This document shows, piece after piece, positions 50,237-63,653 of a DNA stretch of 64,000 nucleotides. How positions within the stretch are numbered: the first letter of the stretch is position 1; the number at the start of each line of letters is the position of its first letter. The stretch lies in contig NC_058131.1 of assembly GCF_016433145.1 (NCBI RefSeq), positions 551,535,117 through 551,599,116 on the forward strand. The letters run 5' to 3'. A program made the position numbers and the translations under genes. Below the pieces are notes generated by a model. It saw only the letters and a list, made by a program, of their open reading frames with translations, did no database searches and had not been told where the DNA came from. This DNA comes from Gracilinanus agilis (Eukaryota).

Positions 50237-51089
50237 ATCCCACCTGATTAGAGAAATGCAAATAAAAACAACTCTGAGGCACCTCCTCACACCTAGCCGA
50301 TTGGCCAATATGGCAGCAAAGGAAACTGATAAATGTTGGAGGGGATGTGGCAAATTTGGGACACTAATACACTACTGGTGGAGTTGTGAATTAATCCAAC
50401 CATTCTGGAAGGCAATTTGGAATTATACCCAAAGGGCTTTAAAAGAATGCCTGCCCCCTTTGATCCATCGATACCACTGCTGGGTTTGTACCCCCAAAGA
50501 GATAATAAGGAAAAAGACTTGTACAAAAATATTTATAGTCATGCTCTTTGTGGTAGCAAAAAATGGGAAAATGAAGGGGTATCCATCAATTGGGGAATGG
50601 CTGAACAAACTGTGGTATCTGTTGGATACCATTGTACTGAAAGGAATAATGAATTGGAGGAATTCCGTGTGAACTAGAAAGACCTCCAGGAAGTGATGCA
50701 GAGCGAAAGGAGCAGAACAGGAGAACATTGTACACAGAGACGGATACATTATGGCACAATTGAATGTAATGGACTTTTCTACTGGCAGCAATGCAATGAC
50801 CCAGGACAATTCAGAGGAACTTAGGAGAAAGAATGCTGTATCCACATCCAGAGAAAGAACTGTGGGAGCAGAAATGCAGAAGAAAAACATATGGTCAATC
50901 ATGAGGTTTGATGGGGATATGATTGGGGTTTTGGCATTAAAAGATCACCCTATTGCAAATATGAATAATATGGAAATAGGTTTTGAACAATGATACATGT
51001 ATAACCTAGTGGAATTGCTTGTCAGCCCCAGGAGGCGAGAGAGAAAGAACATGAATCATGTAACCACGGAAAAACATTCTAAATGAATA
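50237..51089 (+). mobile_element. 5'-truncated L1 inserted into an L2 tail, 16-bp TSD
   Basis: TSD AATAAATGTTTGTTGA at 50221-50236 and 51090-51105; ORF2 C-terminal peptide REMQIKTTLRHLLTP.. Confidence 0.92.
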
Positions 51090-52932
51090 AATAAATGTTT
51101 GTTGACTTGACTTAACCTCAGGCCTCAGAAAACAGAAAATGAAGAGGATGAACTATATGCTACTCTATGTTGTAAGAAAAACTGACCTTTGTGCAAAAGG
51201 GAACTTAGGTAGGGGATGGGCCTTCTTGCTTAATTCATCTGTTCTCATATGCCTACTCACAAGGCCCCTCCCCTAATTCTGCCTTTTTCCCCTTTACCTC
51301 CTTCCCCAACCACTGTAACTTTCTTGTTCCTCTTTTGACATCTTCCATTAGTTTACATTGATTCTGACAAGAATTCAACTTTCTCCTACATCCCTCAGGG
51401 CTCTCCCCTTGTACTCCCTTAAACACTGATGACCTGATGTTGCCCTGGAAGATCAAGACCATCAGGCCAGAGCTCCCCAGTCTGGTTCTTTTTCCATGTA
51501 GACATGATCCTTCTTGTACACAGAGAACTTATACTATGATTCCTAGAAATCACAAAGAGGTCTGCTTTCTGCTCCACTGCTTCCCTTAGCCCACAACCCT
51601 ATACATCTTAGCGTCCTGGTTTATTAAACATTATCTTGCTCTCTGGCATCACCGACTCTATCTCCTTTCTGTCCGTAGGTATATGCAACTCTGAGGAAAC
51701 CATCATTTGAAACCATTGCTGCTTCAGCCTCTAGCCATGCCTCTGGTTTCCTTCCTTTTATTTTTAAGCCCTTATCTTCTGTCTATATTAAGTATCAATG
51801 TCTAGCTTGGTAGCACAGTAGATAGACAGCCAGCCTGGAGACAGGAGGTCTTGGTTTCAAATATGGCTTCAGACACTTCCTAGCTGTATGACCCTGGGCA
51901 AGTCACTTAACTCCCATTGCCAAATCGTTACTTGGTACCTATTCTAAGACAGAAAGTAAAGGTTAAAAAAAAAGGCAAGGAAATTGAAATTCAGGGGAAA
52001 TAAGATACTTGCCATAATAGCTAGCTCATTTATTCAGTCTATTTAGACATTGAACAAACATTTATTAAATGCTTAGATCATCTGTTAAATGGAAATTCTA
52101 AGAGCATCTATATCCCAAAGTTGTTGTGAGGACCCAATGAGATAATATTTGTAAAGTGCTTTGCAAACCTTAAGTTGCTATATAAATGCCAGTTATTATT
52201 ATCACATGAAATAATGATAAAATGTTTTACTTGTCTCTAGGGGATAGAACTAGGGGGCCAATAGTTGGAAGTGTCTGAAGCTAGATTTGAATCCAGGATC
52301 TCCCATCTCCCAACTTGGCTCTTTATCCACTGAGCCACTTAACTGTCCCCTGCATTCATTTCTTTTTAAATTTTGAATTCTAAATTCTCTCCCTCCTTAC
52401 CCTCACTCCTTCCCTACCTCTCTCCCTCCTACACCTTATTCCCTTTCCTAAGACGGTAAACAATCTGATATAGATTTTACATGTACAATCATGTAAAACA
52501 TTTTTCTATATTAGTTCTTTTGTGGAAGATATCTTAAAGGAAAAAAAAGAGAAAGAAAGTGAAATAAAGTGTTTTTCAATCTGCATTCAGAACTCCATCA
52601 GCTCCTTCTCAGAGGGCAGACTACATTTTACAGCATGAGTCTCTAGGACTGTATTTCTGAGAATAACTAGGTTATTCAGTTGTTCAAATCAATATAAAAA
52701 TATTGCTGTGACTGTATATAATGTTCTTCTGTTTCTGCTCACTTCATTTTGCATCAGTTCATTTAAGTCTTTTCAGGTTTTTCTGATATCAGTCTGCTCG
52801 TCATATCTTACAATGCAATCATACTCCATTGCAATCATATACCACAACTTGTTTAGCCATCATCCAACTGATGGACAACCCCTCAATTTCCAGTTTTTTG
52901 TTACCACAAAAAGAGCTTCAAGAAATATTCTT

Positions 52933-53820
52933 AATGGGCAAGGGACATGAATAGGCAATTTTCAGATAAAGAAATCAAAACTATCAATAAACACATGAGA
53001 AAGTGTTCTAAATCTCTAATAATTAGAGAAATGCAAATCAAACCAACTCTGAGGTACCACCTCACACCTAGCAGATTAGCTAAAATGAAAGAAGGGGAGA
53101 GTAATGAATGCTGGAGGGGATGTGGCAAAATTGGGACATTAATGCATTGCTGGTGGAGTTGTGAACTGATCCAACCATTCTGGATGGCAATTTGGAACTA
53201 CGCTCAAAGAGCTCTAAAAGATTGCCTGCCCTTTGATCTAGCCATACCATTGCTGGGTTTGTACCCCAAAGAGATCATAGATAAAAAGACTTGTACAAAA
53301 ATATTTATAGCTGCGCTTTTTGTGGTGGCAAAAAACTGGAAAACGAGGGTATGCCCTTCAATTGGGGAATGGCTGAACAAATTGTGGTATATGCTGGTGG
53401 TGGAATACTATTGTGCTCAAAGGAATAATAAACTGGAGGAATTCCATGTGAACTGGAAAGACCTCCAGGAATTGATGCAGAGCAAAAGGAGCAGAGCCAG
53501 AAGAAAACTGTACACAGAGACCAATACACTGTGGTAAAATCAAATGTAATGGACTTCTGTACTAGCAGCAATGCAATGACCCAGGACAATTCTGAGGGAT
53601 TTATGGTAAAGAACGTGATTGGGGATGTAGACCCGAAAGGACCACACCAATGCAACTATCAATAATATGTAAATAAGTCTTGATTGATGACATGTTAAAA
53701 CCAAAGGAAATGGAAATATTGGGGGGTTAAGGGGGGTAAAGGGGAAAGTAAAAACATGAATCATGTAACCATGGAAAATTTTTCTGAAAAAATAAAATAT
53801 TTAAATTAAAAAAAAAAAAA
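52933..53820 (+). mobile_element. Young 5'-truncated L1 nested in an older antisense L1, 13-bp TSD
   Basis: Open 196-aa ORF2 C-terminus (52947-53537), polyA tail, TSD AAGAAATATTCTT at 52920-52932 and 53821-53833. Confidence 0.93.
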
Positions 53821-56800
53821 AAGAAATATTCTTGCACAACTAGATCCTTTTCCTTCCCTGGAAGTCTTTAAGCAAAGGCTAGATGTATACTTACCAGGAA
53901 TATACCAAGAGTATTCATGTACCGGGTTGAAAGATAAAGCTAAGTTGGAGTTGTGGGAATTGAGTTCGAATCCTGGCTCTGCCATTTACTGCCTGTGTGA
54001 ATGTGAGCAAGTTATTTCACTTCTGAAAGTTTATTTTCTTACCTGTAAATGAGAGGACTGAACTAAGTGACCTCTAAAGTCCTTTCCATTTCTACCCCTA
54101 ATATTCTATGACTCAAGATTACTTCAAACCCTGAGATTCTTGTGATTCCAGGTTGGTTGTTCTTTGTACTTGAAGAAGACTAAAATGACATCACTATGTA
54201 GAGGTCAATGTACAGTGTGTCCAACTGTGACTGAATAATATCACTACAAGCTCTGAAGGCTTTACCACAGGTCAGACACAAATAGCTCATATGAACATTT
54301 GGGACAAAAAGCTGAAATAACCTACCATCCTTTCAATTCTAGGCTACAGGATAGTCAATAAGCAGCTCAGTAGATGGGAGAACTTTCTAAAGACATTAGC
54401 TATCAAAAAAGGGAAAGGGCTGCTTAATACTGCAAGTGTTTTAAGCAAGTATTGGAGCTATCAGGGAGGAAATACTGTCATGGAGTAAATTCTATAATGG
54501 GGTAGGATATGGGGCCTGATGAAGTGAATCCATTTCTAACTTTGATAGTCTGATCCTGTGATTTCAGTTCTAAGAGTCTATGTCTTTGTTGGCCATCTTT
54601 ACTGATGAGCATTCACTTTTCAAAATTTTAGATTGGGCTTTTAGTTCATAGTATTTCTATGATTCTCCTCATAGTACTCTGGACACTTACTCTCTGCATC
54701 CTTTTTATTTTCTTGGCATCTCTTTCCCTTATTCAAAGTGGGAAATCCCTCTGATTCAATGCCACACTCCCTCCAGGATACCCAACTCCAATACTGTTAT
54801 CAATCCATCAGCAAGCATTTATTTGGTATCTACTCTGCCAGGCAATCTGCTAGGTGCTGGAGATACCTGGACAAAGAATGAAAAATCCCTGTCCTGAAGA
54901 TTATATTCTATGCCACAGGTGTATCTCCAATCTTGATCTCTCAATCTAGTCCCGAATTTCTTGCCATCTCTAGGTCATCTTCATTTTAAAAGAATGTCCA
55001 AACCAGCCCATTCTTTTCCACACAAACTGCCTTCCAAAGACTGCTCTCCTGTCTTTTATCTCTGCAACCTAGCGGTTATCTTCAAAGGTTTCCTTTACTT
55101 TGCTCCTATATTGGTTCTTTGATTTCTTCTTTGTAACATTTCTCAGATTAACTCTTTCCTCTCCATTTTACAAGCAAAATCTTAGTCTATATCTACTACC
55201 TCACATCTCAACTCAAGATCATGCCAAGATATTTCTTTTGAGCTTTTTTGTAAATTTGTTACATTAAAGTTCTCAGGTATCTCTTTCCTTCCTACCCACC
55301 CAGTACTACAGAAGGCATCATTTGATAAAATAAAAAATATATATGTACGTATATATTTCTCTAGAGATAAACATTCACAGTTAATCTTTTTTTCTCTTAA
55401 ACCCTTACTTTTGTCTTAGTAACAACTCTTAAGACAGAAGGACAAGGGGTAGGCAAACAGGGTTAAGTGACTTGCTCATGGTCACAGAGCTAGAAAGTGT
55501 CTGAGTCCACATTTGAACCCTGGTCCTCCTGACTCCAGGCTTAAGGCTCTATCCACTGTCACCTAGCTGCCTCCATTTGCTGTTATTGTTCTTCAAACCA
55601 TATTTCTGTTGCTGCATATAATATTCTCTTGGTTCTGCTCATTTCACTCTTCATAATTTCATTATGCCAAGGTGTACTCCACTATTACAATGGCTGAAAA
55701 TGTTTTAAAACTGATCCCACTGGCCATGGCTACAGCATAGCCCACCTACAGGGGATCTCCTCAGTTTCCCAATGAGCTGTCATGCATCCTTTCTCTCCCT
55801 ATGCCTCTTCCTAAATACAGCAATAGAACTCATCAGCTGTAAGCATATTTTGATCACCGTACTCCTTAGAAGCCTGCTAGCATTAGGACCAAATTGGCTC
55901 ATGTGTCATAGTATCATTCCTTTTAACTCCTTTTGCCTTTAAGCAAATGATCCATCATGAATTCCATTCTGCCTGCCTCCCAGGACATCTGATTCCATGA
56001 TAAGCCTTTTTGCCTTCTCTCACCCACATAACATGCTTTGAATTCTCTTCTTGCCAATTCCTTTCTATACTCTAAAACATATTCTACCCCATCTCCAACA
56101 TTCACATTATCACTAGATCCTTTCTTGACTAAACCTTTTCATTTGCAGTAATGCTAGTCATTCTTAAAACAATTAACCCCATTCTTATTTGAGATCCTTC
56201 TCTCTTTCAACTTCCTTCATTACTCTTAAGTGTGTGCCTCTGAATAAACATAGTTTGGGACATCTGTATGAATATTTGTTTGTCTTATCTCTTTCCACTG
56301 AGGTAAGCATCAGCATCTTCAGATAATAATGGTGTGGTGAATGAATGAGGAAACTAAAAAGGTTTGTTTTTTTTTAAGTCCCTTACATTCTGTTTTAGAA
56401 TTTTGAAACTGAGTATAGGTTCCCCGGCAGAAAAGCATTCAGGGCAAGAGAACTGGAGTCAAGTAACTTGCCCAGAGTCACACAGCTAGGAAGTATCTGA
56501 GGCTAAATTTGAACCCAGGACTTCCCATCTCCAGGCCTGGCATTCTATCCACTGAGCCACTTAGATGCCGCATGAAAAAATATTTATTAAGTAATTATGA
56601 TATACCAAGCACACCCAAGTATTAAGAATACAAATACAAAAACAGACAATCCCTGCCTTGAAGAAGTTTACATTCTAATGGGGAAAGTAACACACAGAAG
56701 GGTGTGGTGTCCAGGCTAGTTACTTTGGTCCAGAAAATTAGAGGGATGGTGAGACCCATGGAGGAGTAGATTGACAAACCTGCTATTCAGGGAATAGCCG

Positions 56801-59800
56801 AGTTGATTTGATCATGTTTCAAGGTTCTAGAAATGGAAATAGGATTGGGGAAAGGAGAGAAAAGGTACATAGCAGAGCAATTCTAGAGACTTAGAGGACA
56901 TGGCCAGAGTAAAGCATGGTGGTTGCGGCTTTTCTGAAATCATAATCTGGGAGAGGCAGTAATTCATCAGGACATTGAATGCCAGGTAGGTTTTACATGG
57001 TGTCAAGATACTTATCAAGCTGTCAAGATGGATGGAGAATAAGGAGCAGAGTAGCAAAAGACTGGATTTTTGTTAGACAACCTGGGTTTGAAAGTCCCTG
57101 CTTTATTACTTACTACTTCTATGACTCTGGGCAAAGCAACTAATCTCCTTCAGCCTCAGTTTCCCTATCTACTAAATAGGGATCCTATTCTTTGCAATAA
57201 CTATGTTACAGGGTTGCTGTGGAGAGCAAATGAGACCAGGTACATAAAGTGTTTTATAAACTGTAAAGCAGTATCTGTGTGATCTTTAAAAAAATCCTTA
57301 CCTTCCATCTTCAGTTCTAAAACAGAAGAGCAGCAAGGGCTAGGTAATAGGAGTTAAGTGACTTGTCCAAGGTCACACAGTGAGAAAGTATTTGAGGCCA
57401 GATTTAAACCCAGGTCATCCCAATTCCAGACCTGGTATAAGTAATCATTAATTTAACTCCTCAAGATACCTAAGACAAGGTTACTGTTGGCAATAGGGTT
57501 TTTGACACATTTGGGGTATATTTTATAATTACATATTCAAAAGACATTCTATTCTAAACAAAAAATTTTCACTGAAATGAAACTATGAGAGGAATCTGAG
57601 TATAGAGCAGCTGTAGCCTAAGATCTCTAGGACTTTATACTCTGAGTAGAGAAAATAGATAAGCATTTATTAAAAAACAAAATATAAAAACCATGTAAAT
57701 CTGGACATACTTCCAAACATACAACATAAACTTAGCGAGTCACAGTCACTCACACCAAAACAATGTGCATATACAAGTATAGAAGCTAATGTAGTATAGT
57801 GGAAATCAATCAATAAGCATTTATTAAGTGTCTACTACGTGTCAAGCAGTATGCTAAGCTTCAAGGATGAAAAAAGAGGGAAAAACAGTCCCTGCCCTCA
57901 AGGAACTCACAATCTAATGAGAGAGACAACAAACAAATATATACAGACAAGCTAAACAGGAGAACTAGGAAATAATTAACAGAGGGAAGGGACTAGAATT
58001 GAGAGGTTTGAAAAGGTTTCCTATAGAAGATGGGATTTTAGTTGAGGTCTAAAGGAAGCCAGGGAAGCCAGTAGGTAAAGATGAAGAATGAGGGTATTCC
58101 AGGTATGGAGGACAGACAAAAAAAGATGTCCAAAGCCAAAAGACTATCTTGTTGATGGAAAAGCAAGGAGATCGTACTCCAGCTAGAAAACTTGGGTTTG
58201 GGGCAAGTAGGTAGTCCAGTGGATTGAGAGCCAGATCTCAAGATGAGAACTCCTGAGTTCAAATCCGGCCTCAGATATTTCCTAGCTATGAATCTGAGCA
58301 ATTCACTTAACCCTAATTGTCTCCTTACCATTCTTCTGCCTTGGAATCAACACTAAGAAAGAAGGTAAGGGTTTAAGAAAAAAAGAAAAAAGAAAACTTG
58401 GGTTCTTACCATAGCTCTGTGTCATTTCTTTGGGTCTATTTCCTTGTCTATAAAATGGGCATAATGATACTTGCCCAAGGTACCTCAGCATCTACATGAA
58501 AGCACTTTGTAAACCATAAAATGCTTTATAAATGTTACTAATGGTAATAATAACCCTTCCCTGTTTTACAGTGATCACTCTCACAATTTTTAGTTTTCAC
58601 CTTCCAAATTAACACTGGTCTATCTATTTCTGATCTGTACCCAGCCTATTCCAAGAAGAATTTGAGGAAGATTGATCAGCAGAGAGGGCAACTGTGGCAT
58701 CATGGAGAGTCAGGAGACCAAGATGCCAGTCCCAGCTCTGTTGCCTATTAGCTCTATGAACCCTCCCTGAAGTCTGTGCTCCTCCTTTGCCTCCTCTCTG
58801 CTGGGGAGAGTAGAAGTCAACTCAGATGCTCTCTCAGGTTCCCTTCAAGTTCTAATATTTGATGATTCTACACTGAACACCCTGTGTGCTCTCCAGTTCT
58901 CTAGTGGTTTCATGAACATCCCCTCTCACTTAGTGGAGTCAGCTGCCTGAAGTCAGCAACTGTAACTCATACATCTCCTGACTCATACCTAGCACTTAGA
59001 AAAGTGAGTTCTGGGTAACATACAGAGTAAGTGCCCAGGAACCATTTGTTCAGAAGACTCACATACAGTTACCTAGCTGTAGAGTCAAACATGTTTAACC
59101 AGGGCAACACCTTGTTTGAGCACATTGGGCTAGCATTTATATGGCACTGAAGGGTTTGCAAAATTTTCAAATGTTGTATTTCACATCATTTCACTGGATC
59201 CTGACAGCAACCCTGAGAGATAGGTGCTATTATTCTCATTCTGCAGATGAAGAAATTGAAGCTAAGAAAGCTTAAGTGACTTACTACGGTCATACAGTTA
59301 ATAAATGTCTATCTGTGGGGAGACTTGAATCTTAGGTCTTCCTGACTCCAGGTTGGGTGCTCTTGCCAACTGTGTTATGCAGCAGCAGTTCATTGGATTT
59401 GGAACTAGAAGGGACCTTTGCAAATGTAGGCAGATGGGTTCCTGGGTAGGGAAACCACCAAAAGCCTTGAGCAAGTCTGACCTCAGACCTTACTGTGTGA
59501 ACCTGGGCAAGTCACTTAACCTGTTTGCCTCAGTTTCTCTATCTATAAAATGTGGATAATGATAGCATTTGCCTCTTGTGGTTATTGTGTCACTTAACCT
59601 CTGTTTCCTCAAATCTGCCTTCCAGAGTTGTTGTGAGGATGAAATGAAATAATTTTAAAACACTTAGCAAAGGGTAATCGCTATATAAATTTTACCCCCC
59701 TCATTCTGCAAATAAGGAAATTGAGGGGAAAAGAGAGGGAGAGAGGGAGGAAAGCGACTTGCCAAACGTAACAGAGCTGTCAGCAGCTCTAATATTCTCG

Positions 59801-59949
59801 GATCATATGCTCGCCACAAAATCCATGCTGGTCCCCTAGGCAGAAGGTTGGGGGTGGGGGAAGGGGAAGGAAGGGAGGGAGCCTCAACTCCTCCAGCTGA
59901 AATTGACCCCACATCGGAGGTAGGTCGGCTTGGGGTTAGTGAAAAGGGC

Positions 59950-61200
59950 GCTGCAGGTGGTTGGAGTCAGCCTGGGGACCTCAGTTCGAATTCGGTCTTT
60001 GATCCTCGTTACGGGGCTTTAGCCAAGTCCCTGAACCTCGCAGAGTGTCGGCGTCCCAGCCTGTAACATGCGGACACATAGCCAGCACCCATGCAAGCCT
60101 CAGGGGAGGGAACTGTGGTGGGAAGCTCACGCTCCGAAGCCGTCCTGCCGGCCCTACCCCTTTAAGAGCTATCCCCACCCGCTTTAAAGGGGAGGGGCGC
60201 CGTCCTGGCCGGCCGCTCCTCCCCGTCTCGCTGGCGAGCACTTCCCTGCCCGGTTCCGCTGCTGCAGCCGTCGCCGCCCCCCACCGCTGCCGGGAGTTTC
60301 CTGCACCTCCCTCTGGACGCCCCGTTGGGAGGTAAGTTGGTCTCGCCCATCCACTAGCCCTCGAGGACCCCGGGCCTCCCTTCCCTGGGGCCAGCGGTGG
60401 CATCGCCCCGCGGAGCACACGAGCTGCTGGGCGAGTCCATGTGACCCAGCTCTGGCAGGGGGAGTGGGAATAGGCCAGGCTCGGGTGAGAAGCTGGGGCG
60501 ACGGGACACCTCGCCCTCTCCCCCCCTACCTAAGCACTGTGTAGAGGTCTGACCCGGCCACCCCTTTTCCTTTGCTCTCAGCCGTGTCCCTGCCTCCAGG
60601 CCCGAGCCACTTCCGGGGGGAGGGCCGGGGGAGGCGGACCCGGTCCAGGGGCGTGCCTGAACGATGGGGCGGCACCCTCCGATGATTGTCACCTTCTGCA
60701 CTCAGGTCTTACCTGGTCACCTGACTCTGCACCCCACCCAGAGCCCTGAGCCTCAGCATCATGGTGAGACTCCCTCTGCAACCCAAGTACCCACCCCCTT
60801 CCTCTCTTCAATGGACCGCTCCTCCTTGACCTTTCCTGTGACCCTTGACCATTAAGCCAGCTTCTCTCTCCGACCCCTGACCCCAACCCGTCGAGTTTCT
60901 GCTGAGCCTCGAGCTCCGAGGGGGGAAGCTGGACCCATTGGGTCCAGATCCAGCCTCTTTCCAGCCCCGGGCTCTTAGGAGGCAACCATGGATGGCACGG
61001 GGGAACCAGGAGGTTTCAGAATCAGCCCTGCACCATCACCCCCTTTCATTTTTCCCCAGCACGGCCGCCTGAAGGTGAAGACCACCGAGGAACAGGCCGA
61101 GGCCAAGCGGGTGGAGAGGGAGCAGAAGCTGAGGCTGTACCGGGAGGCCACCGAGGCCGTCTTCCAGAAGGTGGACCCTGCTCCAGACCCTCCATGCCCC
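59950..61200. promoter_or_regulatory. RABGGTA CpG-island promoter and non-coding first exon (donor GAG|GTAAGT, exon ends 60331)
   Basis: CpG-rich; consensus donor at 60332-60337; ETS-like CACTTCCGG near 60609. Confidence 0.7.
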
Positions 61201-63603
61201 TGGGGTGGGGGAGACACCGGAGAGCGTCGGTTATGGGGGTTTGGGGAGATAGAATGAGCAGGGCAGGGCCACTGAACTGGGTTTTCCCCTTGGTTGCAGC
61301 GACAGGCAGGCCATCTGGATGAATCGGTCTTGGAGTTGACCAGCCAAATCCTGGGGGCAAACCCGGACTTTGCCACCCTGTGGAATTGCCGACGAGAGGT
61401 GCTGATGCATCTGGAGACTCAGAAGTGTGTTCCTTTGTGGGAGACCAAAGCTCCCCTTCCCCAGGGTTGCCTCTGTCCCTGCCCCACACTGGGGAGAATG
61501 GTAGACCAAGATGGTGGGGTATAGCTGTCATCCTTGCTACTAGGGAGGCAGAAGCTTGTGGCTCAATCCATTTGAGAATGGAGACCCACCCTCAATCTGG
61601 TACCAACATGGTACCTAGGCTGCCCAAGGAAGGGTGAATACCCTTAAATGGACTAGACCTAAGCTTTCCTACAGGTGAAACTGGAATGTACTTCCAGCCT
61701 GGGTGTAAGATAGGGAGATCCAGTCTCAAAAAAAAAAAGGAATGTTGATGTTGACATTGGATTGTAGTACAGAGGAGAGCAGGGCTTGGGAGCAACAGGT
61801 AGTGTGGACAGCATGGCCTTAAAATGGGAGATTTAGAGGGAGATGGGATTTGCTGATTATCGCCTACTTGGCATAGGTCCCCTGAGGAGTTTGCAGCCCT
61901 AGTGATAGCCGAACTAGGGTTTTTGGAGAGCTGCTTGCGGGTGAACCCCAAGTCCTATGGAACCTGGCATCATCGCTGCTGGCTACTTGGCCGCCTACCT
62001 GAACCCAACTGGACGCGTGAACTGGAGTTATGTGCCAAGTTTCTGGAAGCTGATGAACGTAACTGTACGTTCCCCACACCACATCTGCCCAAAATCTTAG
62101 ACTCCATCCCACCCTTATCCAAACAAGAGGAAAGGATGAGAGTGGGAATAAAGCTCCTGAGCTGGTTAGTAAAGTGATATTTGAATAGGTTGCTTTGTGT
62201 GTGTGTGAGATGTATACCCATGTGACTTAAGTAACCCCACAGATGATAGATCTCAGAGCTAGGAGTAGGGAGTGCCCACTCCCAGCCCCTGGATCTGAGA
62301 TCCATTGCCATCCACAGTTCATTGCTGGGATTACCGGCGGTTTGTGGCCCAGAAGGCAGCTGTGCCACCAACAGAGGAGCTAGCCTTTACTGACAGCCTC
62401 ATTACTCGAAATTTCTCCAACTACTCCTCCTGGCACTACCGATCTTGCCTCCTGCCCAAGCTGCAGCCACTGCCAGACTCTCGGCCACCAGGACGCCTTC
62501 CTGAAGATCTTCTACTACATGGTGAGGAGGGAATAATGGGTGATTAGGGAAAGGGATATACAAGAATCATATGGAAAGAAGGGAAGAGAAAAGAAGTAAG
62601 TCCCAAGATACGACCTCTATTTCATCCTTCTCTGGTTTAGAAATTAAGAGAGATTACAAGTATTAAGGAAGGATGGATAGAAACCTGGAGTCTAGGACTG
62701 AAGGAATTGTAGGATCAGCAGGGAACAGTAGAATTCTAAAGTCAGTCTGTTGGCATATACATATTATAAGAATAGCAAGGTATTGAGGCCTGATAGTATA
62801 TAGAAATTTATCATCTAAATTGACATTGAATGATCCAGAACCTAAATGTTGAATGGTGTGGTATAGATTCTAAGGCCAGGGTAAGAGAGAGAGAGAGAGG
62901 TCCTTGCCTCCAGACTCAAAAGTCCAATGAGCTAGATGAAAGGCCTGGTTCTTGGAGAGAAGTTGGACAGTGGAGCTATCAGGTGTAGTTAGGCTCCTGG
63001 ATCTTAACTGCAGCTTCCTTTTCTTATGGCCTCTGCAGAGCTGGAGCTGGTACAGAATGCCTTCTTCACAGATCCCAATGACCAGAGTGCCTGGTTCTAT
63101 CACAGATGGCTCCTGGGTCGAGGTGAAGGGGTTGGGGCCTGCCTAGTGGTTTGAGGTGAGGGTGTTGGGGAGGTGGCAAAAAATGTTATAAATTATTTGA
63201 GCATCAAGAGAAGTGAATTGGAACTGGATGCCACTTCTTTATCCTACTTCCCTTTTATTCCTGTTCACAGCTGACCCTCACGATGCCATTCGCTGCCTCC
63301 ATGTAAGCCGGAGTGAGGCTTGTTTGACTGCCTGCTTCTCTCAGCCCATAATTGTGAGTTCTCAATAAATGCATGAGAGAAGAGGAGATAGAAAAGAGTA
63401 AATATGTATGTGACAAAGAAAGAAAAAGAGAGAATTGGAGCTTATGTACTGCCTACCTTGTGTTTTCTTACACAGGTGGGCCCCGGTGTAGAGACTGTGA
63501 TGCTCATGGGGGATGACTCTCCCCTGCATGTGGAATGGAGGACACCAGATGGCAGAAAGAGACCCAACTATATCTGGGTATCCCTTACACACACACACAC
63601 ACA

Positions 63604-63653
<50 letters not shown>

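Larger units (their letters stand above)
39481..58645 (-). pseudogene. Unidentified, apparently disabled multi-exon gene; candidate exons 58645-58601, 57019-56869, 55836-55746, 51542-51434, 48752-48602, 48101-47742, 45875-45711, 45562-45484, 45260-45124, ~40505-40395, 39671-39481
   Basis: AG acceptors and GT donors chain in phase (0-0-1-2-0-1, then 0-0-1-0). The 51.5k, 48.7k and first half of the 48.1k exons give about 155 aa with no stop. Other exons carry in-frame stops, and one +1 frameshift is inferred. No family recognised with certainty. Confidence 0.55.

Noticed and set aside
51603-51686. Extra hidden-gene exon ELHIPTDRKEIESVMPESK
   Set aside because: All frames hit stops, the implied intron is only about 60 nt, and no phase matches the neighbouring exons.
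52947-53537. 196-aa host gene
   Set aside because: It is the C-terminus of L1 ORF2p within a TSD-flanked insertion.
57560-57661. Kinase-like exon EYKVLEILGYSCSILRF on the minus strand
   Set aside because: Good acceptor, but no GxGxxG loop, an early stop, no clear donor, and it does not fit the phase chain.
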